DNA of 47,865 bases from NCBI GenBank assembly GCA_964422885.1, contig CAYRDV010000002.1:1-47865 (forward strand). The letters are read 5' to 3'. Numbering within the stretch: the stretch's first letter is position 1; each line of letters starts with the position of its first letter. Below are positions 27,642 to 36,986 of this stretch, piece by piece. The notes beneath the pieces are model-generated. The model searched no databases and was not told the DNA's origin. It saw nothing but the letters and a program-made list of their open reading frames with translations. The translations under genes and the position numbers were made by a program. The stretch comes from an uncultured Candidatus Sericytochromatia bacterium. Lineage in GTDB: Bacteria > Cyanobacteriota > Sericytochromatia > UBA7694 > JACMQJ01.

Positions 27642-30600
27642 TAAAAATCCTTTTTTACTGAGATAATTTCTTTCATTAAAATATCTATTGTCTTTTTATA
27701 TTCTTCTCTTGCTGGTAATTTTGCAATTTGCGATAAATTTTTTCGATCTTCAAGAGTATAAGTTTCTTTAAAATCAAAATAGTATTCTAAAGCCTGTTCA
27801 AGATGGTTTTGCTCCAGATAAAACATTATTAATTCTTTTAGAACTGGCTTATATCCAGTAGAAATTGAATGAGCCTGGTGCAGATAAATTACTGTTTTTG
27901 CCTGATCATTTAGCTGATTATAACAACGTCCTAATTCAAGGTTTAGCCATAATGTAATATTATCTTCAAGAGAATTAATTTCTAAAGGGTTAGTATTTCC
28001 GCTAAAAATCTGATCATACAAATACTCATAAATTTCTACAGCATTTTTTAAATCTCCAGATTTTCGGTTACAGTAACCGGCAAAAAACAAAGCATCCTGA
28101 AATGTTGGTGAAATATTTAAAATTTCTTCTATAAAAGGAAGAGATTTTTGATAATCCTGATGAATTACTATTAATTGGCGAATAATTTTAATCAGGATAT
28201 TACAATAAAATGAATTTTCTTTCGGTAATGATGTTTTATTAAAAAGTTCATATGAAATAATAAATGAATTAAGAGCCTGAGCATATTCTTTAATTGAAAA
28301 ATATAAATCACCAAGATGCAAATAGTAGTAATAATTATCTGGTAAATCACCTTCTTTTTTTATTGCATCATTTATTAATAAAATATTTTCATTTGCCTTA
28401 TTAGCCGAAATCACCTTTTTATCCACATTTAAAAAAGGGATATTAAGCACCTGCATTTGACCATCAGCTTTAAACAAGTGCTCAGCCACCGGGCGAACAG
28501 AGATAATTTCAAAATTATTTTTAAATAAGGAATCCTTAAATGATGAAACAGAAAAAATAAATTCAGTAAAACTTTCCAGATACTTCAGACAAAATACAAT
28601 TGGATTATTCTGGTAAGGTTGTTCTAACAAAAAAGGCAATAAATTTTTTTTACACTCTTCAGTTAAAAGCTCATTGGGTCCTAATGATAAAATCCAGTCG
28701 CCTGAAGCACTTTTATAAACTTCATTTTTAATTTTGCTATAATCATTCTCATTTGAAAATTCTAGTATTTTAATCTCTTTAGATTGGGCAAGGGGCTTAA
28801 GCCCCTTGTTGAATTTTTTGCAAATATCAACTGTTCTATCTGTTGAACCAGTATCCACTACTAATATTTCAGACGCTATTGGCAAAATATTTTTTAGCGA
28901 TTCTTCAATCTTTTTTTCATCATTTTTTGTAAAAATACAAACACTAACCTTTGGTGATAAAGAATTTACTTTTTTCCTTATTGGTTCTAATTCTTCAGGC
29001 GAAAATCCTTCCGTATATTCGACAATTTTTAAAAGCTTTAATAACGCCGATTTATATTGTGGTGATTCTGGTTCGAGCTTAATAATATTTTCATAACTCA
29101 TTTTATCCTGCTGTGAATATTGCATACCAGCCTGAGAATAATAAAAAACAGCTTTTTCAAGATTTTCTGCAAGTAAATAATAACGAAGAAGATGAAAAAT
29201 TACAGGCATAAATTTTTTATTGGAATTATAAAGATTTTCCAGATATGTTAAACCTTTTTCCTGATTACCCATTAGCAGATAACACCGACCAATTTCAAGA
29301 GAAACCATAAAATTAAGCTGTATACCAAGATTGTCTAGATTAAAAAGTTTGCTTTTCTGCTGTAAATTTATTGTTTTCTGATAATTTTTTAGAGCTTCTT
29401 CAAGCTTTCCGGTATGGTGCTGACAATATGCCCTAAAATAGTAAATATCAGGTAAATCAGGGACCAAGAATTCAAGCTTATCTATAAATTGTAGTGCATA
29501 TTTGTATTGCTCATGAATAAAAATAAGTACCTTAATAATGATAATCAAAGCGTTCGTACTAAACTTATAATCAGTTTTTTCTTTGAGTTGATTATAGGAA
29601 ATATTGTAGTATTCAACCGCTTTATCAAATTGTTTCAGTTCAGCATATGAATCAGCAATATAGTTATAGTAATAGTAATAATATTTATCTTTTTCTTTTT
29701 TATTTTTAATAGCGTCAAAAAGAATATTGATATATTTTTCTGTTTTTGTTCTTAATTCTTTTTCAGGTCTAAAATTTCCACGATGTAAAAAGGAAAAATC
29801 AGGACAATCAACTTTTCTGAGATTTCCTTCTTTTATTGCAAGATTCTCATGAATTGGGCTGATATAGTAAATACCATAATGATTCCGGAAAAGATTTTGC
29901 TGAAAATAGGAAGTATCAACCAGATTATTTTTCTTTGAATTTAAATTTTTAAAGCAAAAAGCAACTGGTTCATACTGAAATGGCGTTTCCAGTAAAAAAG
30001 GGATTAAATTTTTTCGGGTTTCTTCATTCAATATCTCGTCAGCGTCAATTATTAAAATCCAGTTTCCGGTAGCATGTTTTATTGACTCATTTCTGGCTTT
30101 GGCAAAATCATTTTCCCAGGTTGTTTCAGATACTTTTGCATATTTTGCAGCAATTTCCTTTGTTCGGTCTGTTGAACCTGTATCTGTCACTAAAATCTCA
30201 TGAGCAATCTGTAAAACACTTTTTAAGCAGGATTCAATGTATTTTTCCTCATTCTTTACGATAAGACAAACACTTATTGTCGGTTCTACAGGTGTTGCAA
30301 GCTCATCCAGCTTTTTTAAAACAGAGTCTTCTTCTTCTTTTAGCCAGCCTTTTATTTGTAATAAATTTTCCAAAAGTATAATTAGGGTTTCTTTATATAA
30401 ATAATCATGTTTGGGAACATTAATTCTAGACTCTAAAACATCCTTTCCCTCATCACCAAAAGTTATATTATTTTTTAGGTGATGGTTAATTGCTTCAGGT
30501 AAATCACCTTTTAACAAGTAGTATTTTTCTAATTGTAAAAGTACCAGTGAAGATTCAGGCGATAATCTATATGCTTCGGAAATATATAAGCCATATTTTT

Positions 30601-33283
30601 CTTCATTCCCATTGATAAAACAACATCTGGCTAGCTCAATATAAATACTGGGTAGAAGCTCTTTTTCCTGGGAAACAATACCAGGAAATAAATTTATTGA
30701 ATCAACATTTAAAAGCTTTAAGGCTTTTTCAAAACTTTGGATTGCCTCGCCAAAACGACTCATTTTTTCCTGACAAAATCCTTGATAAAACAATGAATCA
30801 GGAAAATTAGGGTTAATATTAAATAATTCATTTATAAAAGGTTCAGCTTGTTGATACTCCTGTAAATGTAACAGCAATTCTTCAGTTATTTTAAGCAGAA
30901 TATTTATAAATATTGGTTCATTGAAGTAATTTTCATTGACTGAATAATTTTTCTTGTATAGCTGGTAAGACTGAAAAAAATTATCAAAGGCTTCTCTGTG
31001 TTTATTAACAACTGAATATGATTTTCCCAGCTGGTATAAATAATAATAATTTTCAGGAGCCAACTTATTTTCAGTAATAATTTTTTCTAACTGATAAATA
31101 TATTTTTCATTTTTTTCTTTAATTTTTTCTTCACCAATCGCAGTTCCTTTATGAAAAATGGTTAGCTGAGGGCAATATTGATAAGAAAGGTTAGATTCTT
31201 TGCTATAAAGTTGTTCATGGATTGAGCCGGTGAATTCAAGTCCCCATTTTCTTTTGAAAATGGTATGTTTAAAATAGGAAACAGTTGATTTTGTTCCTGG
31301 TTTTTCGGCAAGATATCTGAAAAAATACACAACAGGCTTCTCTTGATCTGCTTTTTCTATTAAAAAAGGCAAAATATTTTCTTTTGTCTCATTTGTTAAT
31401 TCTTCATCAGCATCAATAACCAAAACCCAATCTCCAGTTGCATGAGATAAAGATTCATTTCTGGCTTTGGCAAAGTCATCTTCCCAGGTTGTCTGAAATA
31501 TTTTTATGAATTCCAAACTCTCCCCAGCCCTCTCTTGAGAAGAGAGGGAGTTAATTTGTTCTCCTCTCTTTGCAAGAGAGGAGTTAGAGGAGAGTTGAAG
31601 TTTTCTACAAATATCCAATGTTCGATCAGTAGAACCTGTATCCAGAATAATAATCTCATTTGCTATTGGTAAAACACTATTAAGACAGGATTCAATATAT
31701 TTTTCTTCATTTTTTACAATCAGGCAGACGCTTAGCGAAGCTGTAAATTCTGAAGTTAAATCTTTTATTTTCTTTCTTATTGCTTCAGACTCAACCGGGT
31801 TCCAGCCTTCAATACGGATAATTTTTAATAATAGCTTTACCAATACTTTTTTATATTTTGTTTCTTCAGGATTTAAATTCTTTATCAGGTTAATTTCATT
31901 TATTTCTTCAGGAGCTATTAGCTCTGTTTTTTGCAAATAAAATAAGGCTTTTTCCAAATCACTTTCTAACAGATAAAATTTTAAAAGGTGGTAAATTAAA
32001 GGCGTTGAATCATTATTAGTTTTATAAGCTGCCTCAAGGGTTGCTATTGCTTTTTCTTTATCATCTAATGCCAGATATGCAGTACTTAATTCAAGCAGTA
32101 GCATAGTAATAAGTGATTTATCCTGAGAAACTATTCCCAAGGGATTTAACTCTCTGTTATCAACAAATAGCTCCAAAATTCTTTCATAGTATGTAATTGC
32201 TTTCTCAGTTTTTCCCAGATTTTGCAAAGAATATCCATAATAAAAAAGGGCATCTGAAAAATCAGGCGAAATTTGCAATAGCTCATCCAAATATTTTAAG
32301 GCTTCTTGAAATTTCTGATGATTAAATATTAATTCAGAAATTATTTTAATGAGAATACTTCCATAAGCCAGGCTTTCTTTATCAAAATTTCCTATTTTAT
32401 ACAAATTATAAGATGTAAGAAATGCTTCCAGTGCTTTTTCATGATTATTCTGCTGAGAATACGAATTTCCAAGGTGATGATAATAATAATAGTTTTCAGG
32501 ATTTTCAGGCTCTTTTTCAATAATTTTTAGCAATAATGTTATGTATTTAATGCTTTTTTTTATTAAATCATCAGCTGATTTTAATGTTCCAAAATGATAA
32601 ACTTCAAAAAATGGACAGTTAATATTAATCAGGTCTTTTTCCGGTCTGTATAACTGTTCATGGATCGCCCCCCTAAAACTGATACCCATATTATTTTTAA
32701 AAAGAGCCTGCCTGAAATATGAGGTGACAAAGCCTCCCTGTTCCTGAGGATTTAGTACTTTGCAACAAAAAACAACAGGTTTTTCATCATAAGTATTTTT
32801 TTCTAAAAAAGCAGATAATTTTTTTTGGGTATCTTCAGTTAAAACTTCATCCGCACCAATATAAAGAATCCAGTCACCAGTAGCATACTTTAAAGATTCA
32901 TTTCTGGCTTTGGCAAAGTCATCTTCCCAGGTTGTCTGAAATATTTTTATGAATTCCAAACTCTCCCCAGCCCTCTCTTGAGAAGAGAGGGAGTTAATTT
33001 GTTCTCCTCTCTTTGCAAGAGAGGAGTTAGAGGAGAGTTGAAGTTTTCTACAAATATCCAATGTTCGATCAGTAGAACCTGTATCCAGAATTATAATTTC
33101 ATAAGCTACAGGTAAAAGGCTTTTTATGCAGGATTCAATATATTTTTCTTCATTTTTGGCAATAAGGCAGACGCTAATTTTCGGTCTTCCCGAAAACAGG
33201 GGCCCCTTTAGGGGAGTTAATTCTGTACTCGGAATCAGGGGCTCGGTATTCCCGGGAGTTTTTTTTGGAGTTATTAATCCCAC
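27641..33283 (-). CDS. Giant protein of four tandem family-2 glycosyltransferase + TPR modules
   Basis: 1880 aa, GTG start. Modules start near aa 36, 517, 1003 and 1446. Each opens (I/L/V)SVC(L/I)..KN(E/D)EK .. DTGSTDRT .. W..DFAKARNES and is followed by a TPR-like helical region (ENYYY.. motif). Confidence 0.85.
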   Translation of the reverse strand: MGLITPKKTPGNTEPLIPSTELTPLKGPLFSGRPKISVCLIAKNEEKYIESCIKSLLPVAYEIIILDTGSTDRTLDICRKLQLSSNSSLAKRGEQINSLSSQERAGESLEFIKIFQTTWEDDFAKARNESLKYATGDWILYIGADEVLTEDTQKKLSAFLEKNTYDEKPVVFCCKVLNPQEQGGFVTSYFRQALFKNNMGISFRGAIHEQLYRPEKDLININCPFFEVYHFGTLKSADDLIKKSIKYITLLLKIIEKEPENPENYYYYHHLGNSYSQQNNHEKALEAFLTSYNLYKIGNFDKESLAYGSILIKIISELIFNHQKFQEALKYLDELLQISPDFSDALFYYGYSLQNLGKTEKAITYYERILELFVDNRELNPLGIVSQDKSLITMLLLELSTAYLALDDKEKAIATLEAAYKTNNDSTPLIYHLLKFYLLESDLEKALFYLQKTELIAPEEINEINLIKNLNPEETKYKKVLVKLLLKIIRIEGWNPVESEAIRKKIKDLTSEFTASLSVCLIVKNEEKYIESCLNSVLPIANEIIILDTGSTDRTLDICRKLQLSSNSSLAKRGEQINSLSSQERAGESLEFIKIFQTTWEDDFAKARNESLSHATGDWVLVIDADEELTNETKENILPFLIEKADQEKPVVYFFRYLAEKPGTKSTVSYFKHTIFKRKWGLEFTGSIHEQLYSKESNLSYQYCPQLTIFHKGTAIGEEKIKEKNEKYIYQLEKIITENKLAPENYYYLYQLGKSYSVVNKHREAFDNFFQSYQLYKKNYSVNENYFNEPIFINILLKITEELLLHLQEYQQAEPFINELFNINPNFPDSLFYQGFCQEKMSRFGEAIQSFEKALKLLNVDSINLFPGIVSQEKELLPSIYIELARCCFINGNEEKYGLYISEAYRLSPESSLVLLQLEKYYLLKGDLPEAINHHLKNNITFGDEGKDVLESRINVPKHDYLYKETLIILLENLLQIKGWLKEEEDSVLKKLDELATPVEPTISVCLIVKNEEKYIESCLKSVLQIAHEILVTDTGSTDRTKEIAAKYAKVSETTWENDFAKARNESIKHATGNWILIIDADEILNEETRKNLIPFLLETPFQYEPVAFCFKNLNSKKNNLVDTSYFQQNLFRNHYGIYYISPIHENLAIKEGNLRKVDCPDFSFLHRGNFRPEKELRTKTEKYINILFDAIKNKKEKDKYYYYYYNYIADSYAELKQFDKAVEYYNISYNQLKEKTDYKFSTNALIIIIKVLIFIHEQYKYALQFIDKLEFLVPDLPDIYYFRAYCQHHTGKLEEALKNYQKTINLQQKSKLFNLDNLGIQLNFMVSLEIGRCYLLMGNQEKGLTYLENLYNSNKKFMPVIFHLLRYYLLAENLEKAVFYYSQAGMQYSQQDKMSYENIIKLEPESPQYKSALLKLLKIVEYTEGFSPEELEPIRKKVNSLSPKVSVCIFTKNDEKKIEESLKNILPIASEILVVDTGSTDRTVDICKKFNKGLKPLAQSKEIKILEFSNENDYSKIKNEVYKSASGDWILSLGPNELLTEECKKNLLPFLLEQPYQNNPIVFCLKYLESFTEFIFSVSSFKDSLFKNNFEIISVRPVAEHLFKADGQMQVLNIPFLNVDKKVISANKANENILLINDAIKKEGDLPDNYYYYLHLGDLYFSIKEYAQALNSFIISYELFNKTSLPKENSFYCNILIKIIRQLIVIHQDYQKSLPFIEEILNISPTFQDALFFAGYCNRKSGDLKNAVEIYEYLYDQIFSGNTNPLEINSLEDNITLWLNLELGRCYNQLNDQAKTVIYLHQAHSISTGYKPVLKELIMFYLEQNHLEQALEYYFDFKETYTLEDRKNLSQIAKLPAREEYKKTIDILMKEIISVKKDF
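28789..28808. repeat. 20-bp perfect palindrome CAAGGGGCTTAAGCCCCTTG inside GT module 4 (in frame, encodes KGLKPLA)
   Basis: Read directly. The same 23-bp string gcaaggggcttaagccccttgtt recurs intergenically at 44729-44751. Confidence 0.9.
31516..31596. repeat. Structured palindromic element (outer stem plus two CT-rich hairpins) embedded in frame in GT module 2
   Basis: - outer stem: aactctcc (31516-23) pairs with ggagagtt (31589-96)
- hairpin A: ccctctctt-gag-aagagaggg (31528-48)
- hairpin B: ctcctctctt-tgc-aagagaggag (31561-83)
Encodes LQLSSNSSLAKRGEQINSLSSQERAGESLEF. Confidence 0.85.
32959..33039. repeat. Identical copy of the structured palindromic element in GT module 1
   Basis: Lies inside the 201-bp tract 32891-33091, which is identical to 31448-31648 (offset 1443 nt). 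Confidence 0.85.
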
Positions 33284-33483
33284 TGTATTTTCCTGAAGCT
33301 TAAAGTAAATTTTATTTATTTAGTAGTTTATCATGATTCTGTTTAAAAAAATAAAATAAGGGTATTAAAATACTAGTGTTTAATAGTTATAATGAGAAAT
33401 AGTATAAAATTAAAATAATTCAGAAAAATTAAGCAAAATTGTAATAATTAAAGTAGTAAAAATTGGTGGATAGAAAGACTCAC

Positions 33484-34803
33484 ATGATAATGAAATTATC
33501 AAAGAAAATAGCTATTTTAGGCATTTTATCATTATTTATTTCTGTAACTTCGGGGTGTGACAGAGATATTCCGCTTGATTTTCAGGCCAGCGATTTTCAG
33601 CAGCAGCTCAAAAACACAGGTTTTAATATTTCTTCAACTTCCGGGCAAATTATTATTAAACGTAAAAAAGGAATAAATTCTTTTAATTCTATTTCTCCAG
33701 ACTTTAAAACAATAAAATCAATAAAAAATCTGAATGTTGAGGTCGTACAGGTTAAAAATTCAGGTTCAATGGATAATATTCTAAAAAATTTGAGAAATCA
33801 TCCTGGTGTAGAATATGCCTCTCCTAACTTTATCAGAAAGATCGTTTTACCAAAAAGAAGAAGGAGTACAATGCTGGCAGTAACTCCGATAAACCAGGGA
33901 ACTCCTGCTTCGACAGCAGGCTCTGATCCTATGCGTAAAGATCAGTATGCTCTTGATATTACTCATGCAGAGCAGGGCTGGAAAATTACCAGAGGTAAAG
34001 CAAATATCATTATTGCTATTGTTGATACAGGGATAGATCCTGAACATCCCGATTTAAAAGGTAAAACAGTTCCTGGTTTTAGTGCGATAAAAGAAAGTCA
34101 GACAGTAAAAGATGAAAATGGACATGGAACACATGTTTCGGGTATTGCTTCGGCTATTACAAATAATGCAGTTGGGATTTCGGGTATGGCCCCGAATTGT
34201 AAAATAATGCCGGTAAAGGTTCTTGATCACTCAGGTTCTGGTGATGATGCCGGTATAATTGAAGGCATTACCTGGGCAGCAGATCATGGGGCAGATATAA
34301 TAAGTATGAGTCTGGGCGGTGGTGGAACAAGTGAGGCTTTTGAAGAAGCAATTTCCTATGCTTTGAAAAAAAATGTGGTAATTATAGCTGCAATGGGGAA
34401 TGATGGTCAAAATATCGAAAATTACCCGGCAGCTTCCAAGGGGGTTATTGCTGTTGGTTCTACCGATGCAAAAGATAAAATTTCTGATTTTTCAAATTTT
34501 GGTAACTGGATAACTGTTTCGGCTCCAGGTACTCAAATTTTATCAACTTTTCCAACATATAAAGTTGATTTAAACAATGAAGGACTACCGCAAAACTATG
34601 CCACACTTGATGGAACCTCTATGGCAGCGCCTTATGTTGCTGGACTTGCGGCACTAATCAGGAGTAAATATGGAAAAATTTCCCCAGAACAGGTTAAAAA
34701 TATTATTATTAAAGGTGCAGATGATTTAGGCCACCCTGGTTTTGATGATTATTTCGGACATGGAAGAATAAATGTTTTAAAAACAATCTCTAATAATAGA
34801 TAA
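33484..34803 (+). CDS. S8 subtilisin-like serine peptidase with N-terminal propeptide
   Basis: Catalytic triad motifs VDTGID, HGTHVSG and GTSMAAPYVAG. Signal/lipobox VTSGC. The track starts at TTG 33463; ATGs at 33484 and 33490 are more plausible. Confidence 0.9.
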   Translation: MIMKLSKKIAILGILSLFISVTSGCDRDIPLDFQASDFQQQLKNTGFNISSTSGQIIIKRKKGINSFNSISPDFKTIKSIKNLNVEVVQVKNSGSMDNILKNLRNHPGVEYASPNFIRKIVLPKRRRSTMLAVTPINQGTPASTAGSDPMRKDQYALDITHAEQGWKITRGKANIIIAIVDTGIDPEHPDLKGKTVPGFSAIKESQTVKDENGHGTHVSGIASAITNNAVGISGMAPNCKIMPVKVLDHSGSGDDAGIIEGITWAADHGADIISMSLGGGGTSEAFEEAISYALKKNVVIIAAMGNDGQNIENYPAASKGVIAVGSTDAKDKISDFSNFGNWITVSAPGTQILSTFPTYKVDLNNEGLPQNYATLDGTSMAAPYVAGLAALIRSKYGKISPEQVKNIIIKGADDLGHPGFDDYFGHGRINVLKTISNNR

Positions 34804-34849
34804 TAATTTTAAGTTATCAAGCAATATTTGTAGTAAATTTATAAAAATA

Positions 34850-35341
34850 ATGAAATTAAAAAATAATTCAGGCTTTTCCCTGATAGAAGCAATGACAGTT
34901 GTAGTAATCCTTGCTGTTTTATTTGCGATTGCTATACCAAATTATATTAACGCTCAGGATCGAGCAAAGTACGCTAATCTAAAACTTAATATGACTATTG
35001 TCAGGACTTCTGTTGAAATTTATGCTTTAGATTGGGGAGGAGCTTATGCTGCCAATAAAACAGAGCTATACAATGAAGGAAAATCAAAAAAATATCTGAG
35101 AGATTTTAAAAACCCTTTTACAAATTCGGCAACAACAATCAAAGATGTTGGTGATATCCAGACAGACTCTGATTTGGAAGCAGGTCTTATTGTATATGGA
35201 AGTAGTGGTTCTGGTACCAGTCCAATAGTTAATTATTTTTCACCACCGGATTCTACCCGTATTTATGTAATTTATTCAATAGACAAAGATCTTTTACCTT
35301 TTAAAGAAAAAGGCTCTATATTTTATTTATCAAACGGATAA
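34850..35341 (+). CDS. Type IV pilin-like protein (prepilin-type N-terminal cleavage/methylation domain)
   Basis: 163 aa. MKLKNNSG|FSLIEAMTVVVILAVLFAIAIPNY is a class III signal with Glu at +5. Confidence 0.8.
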   Translation: MKLKNNSGFSLIEAMTVVVILAVLFAIAIPNYINAQDRAKYANLKLNMTIVRTSVEIYALDWGGAYAANKTELYNEGKSKKYLRDFKNPFTNSATTIKDVGDIQTDSDLEAGLIVYGSSGSGTSPIVNYFSPPDSTRIYVIYSIDKDLLPFKEKGSIFYLSNG

Positions 35342-35765
35342 GCCGCCTTCCCAAAGTAGTTGTAATTTTTAATTTATTTTGAAAACTTTTATGCATATAA
35401 GTAGCAAAAAGTTCTTTAAGTAAAAAAATGGAACTTTTAACTGCATAATTATTTTCAGACATTATTCCCATTTTATAAGTAGAAATAACTATTTTATGAC
35501 ATTTTTGTTTCATTGATAAAAAATTACTATTTTTTCTATTTATTGATGAAGGTTTTGAATTATTATCATGGTTTATTATCATAACCTCACCTTACTACAT
35601 TACAAATTATTAAGCTACTCTAATATTATAATTAATATTTTTGAAAAATGTTTTTGATGTTTTAAAATTATCCCCAATATAAACTACCTACAATTATTAT
35701 TTTTTTATTATCAGGAAAATTGATGTTATATAATTACTATTGTTTGATTAGAATCTGGATAAATA

Positions 35766-36986
35766 ATGAAATTACGTTTAAACTCTGAATTCGGTACATT
35801 ACGCTCTGTATTAATTCACAGGCCGGGTAAAGAAATTGATCGGCTTACACCTTATAATATTTCTGATTTACTTTTTGAGGATGTTCCTTATCTCGAAGAA
35901 ATGCAGGTTGAACATGATAGTTTTACCAATATAATAAAACAGGTTTCAGGGGCTAAAGTTTATCGTTTAACTAATTTACTGGGGCAGGTTCTAAAAGATA
36001 AGAAGCTGCTGCTAAATGTTTTTGAGGAAATTCTCGCCGATTCTGGTCTTTCGTTCCTGGCCCAGGATGTTATTGAAACTATTTCCACAGCAGAAGCTAC
36101 AACTGCACTAGTAGCAGGGTTAAAAGTAAAAGAACTGAAAAAAAAGCTCCATAATAAAGCGCTTGATAAACATCAGGATAATGAGTTTTTAATCCAGCCA
36201 AACCCTAATCTCTATTTTATGCGTGATCCGGCTGCATTAGTGCAAACCGGAGTTATTTCTTCCCAAATGAAATATCCGGCTCGCCAGCGAGAATCAATGA
36301 TTTTAAAACTTGTTTTAGAAAATCATCCTGATTTTAAAGAAAATTATCAGCCAATATCTCTTAATTCTGATAATACCAACAGTTTACCTTCAATTGAAGG
36401 TGGCGATGTCATCGTCTTATCCAAAAAAGCTCTGGCTATTGGGCGCTCAGAAAGAACCGATGCGGAAGCAATAGAAGAAGTTGCCAAACAGGTATTAAAG
36501 GATGATCAGGTTGAGCGGGTTTATGAAGTGGATTTACCCCGAAAAAGAAATTTTATGCATTTGGATACTGTTTTTACTATAATTGATGAAAATCTGGTAG
36601 TTACATATCCTGATGCTGTAAATTCGGTTTTAGAAACAAAAGTATATTACAAAAAAGCTCAGGATTCTGATGGGAATGTTATTTTAGGTATTCATAATCT
36701 TGGAGAATCAATACTTAAAATTTTGAAAAAAGAAATTCCGCATCTTGATATTATAGAAACAGGGTATGGAAATCCCGATTATGCATCAAGAGAGCAATGG
36801 TTTGATGGAGCAAATGTTTTTGCAATCGGCCCAAGACAGGTGATTTCTTATAATAGGAATCGTTATACTAACAGAGCTTTAAAAGAGGCTGGTGTAGAAG
36901 TGATTGAAATCAGGGGCTCCGAGTTAGTCAGAGGATTAGGTGGGCCAAGATGTATGACAATGCCACTGGAAAGGGATGAAATATAA
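35766..36986 (+). CDS. arcA: Arginine deiminase
   Basis: 406 aa. LRSVLIHRPG .. NLYFMRDP .. EGGDV .. MHLDTVF .. GGPRCMTMPL (catalytic Cys). Confidence 0.9.
   Translation: MKLRLNSEFGTLRSVLIHRPGKEIDRLTPYNISDLLFEDVPYLEEMQVEHDSFTNIIKQVSGAKVYRLTNLLGQVLKDKKLLLNVFEEILADSGLSFLAQDVIETISTAEATTALVAGLKVKELKKKLHNKALDKHQDNEFLIQPNPNLYFMRDPAALVQTGVISSQMKYPARQRESMILKLVLENHPDFKENYQPISLNSDNTNSLPSIEGGDVIVLSKKALAIGRSERTDAEAIEEVAKQVLKDDQVERVYEVDLPRKRNFMHLDTVFTIIDENLVVTYPDAVNSVLETKVYYKKAQDSDGNVILGIHNLGESILKILKKEIPHLDIIETGYGNPDYASREQWFDGANVFAIGPRQVISYNRNRYTNRALKEAGVEVIEIRGSELVRGLGGPRCMTMPLERDEI

Noticed and set aside
28806-30264. ORFs 28806..29096 and 30082..30264 on the plus strand
   Set aside because: They are antisense to the giant GT2-TPR gene. 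28806 even starts inside the palindromic element.
27641-33283. Treating the 1880-aa ORF as four separate genes or as a frameshifted pseudogene
   Set aside because: The frame is continuous with no internal stops. Module junctions lack SD/start signals, and linker sequences between modules are conserved in style (..KKL/I..L(S/T)..). A single polypeptide is the simplest reading, though the assembly should be verified because of the 201-bp exact repeat.
35316-35582. 88-aa minus-strand ORF downstream of the pilin-like gene
   Set aside because: It overlaps the pilin 3' end by 26 nt and has no SD. It is K/N/I-rich with no motif. It probably lies in the non-coding, AT-rich promoter region of arcA. 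Kept only as a very weak possibility.
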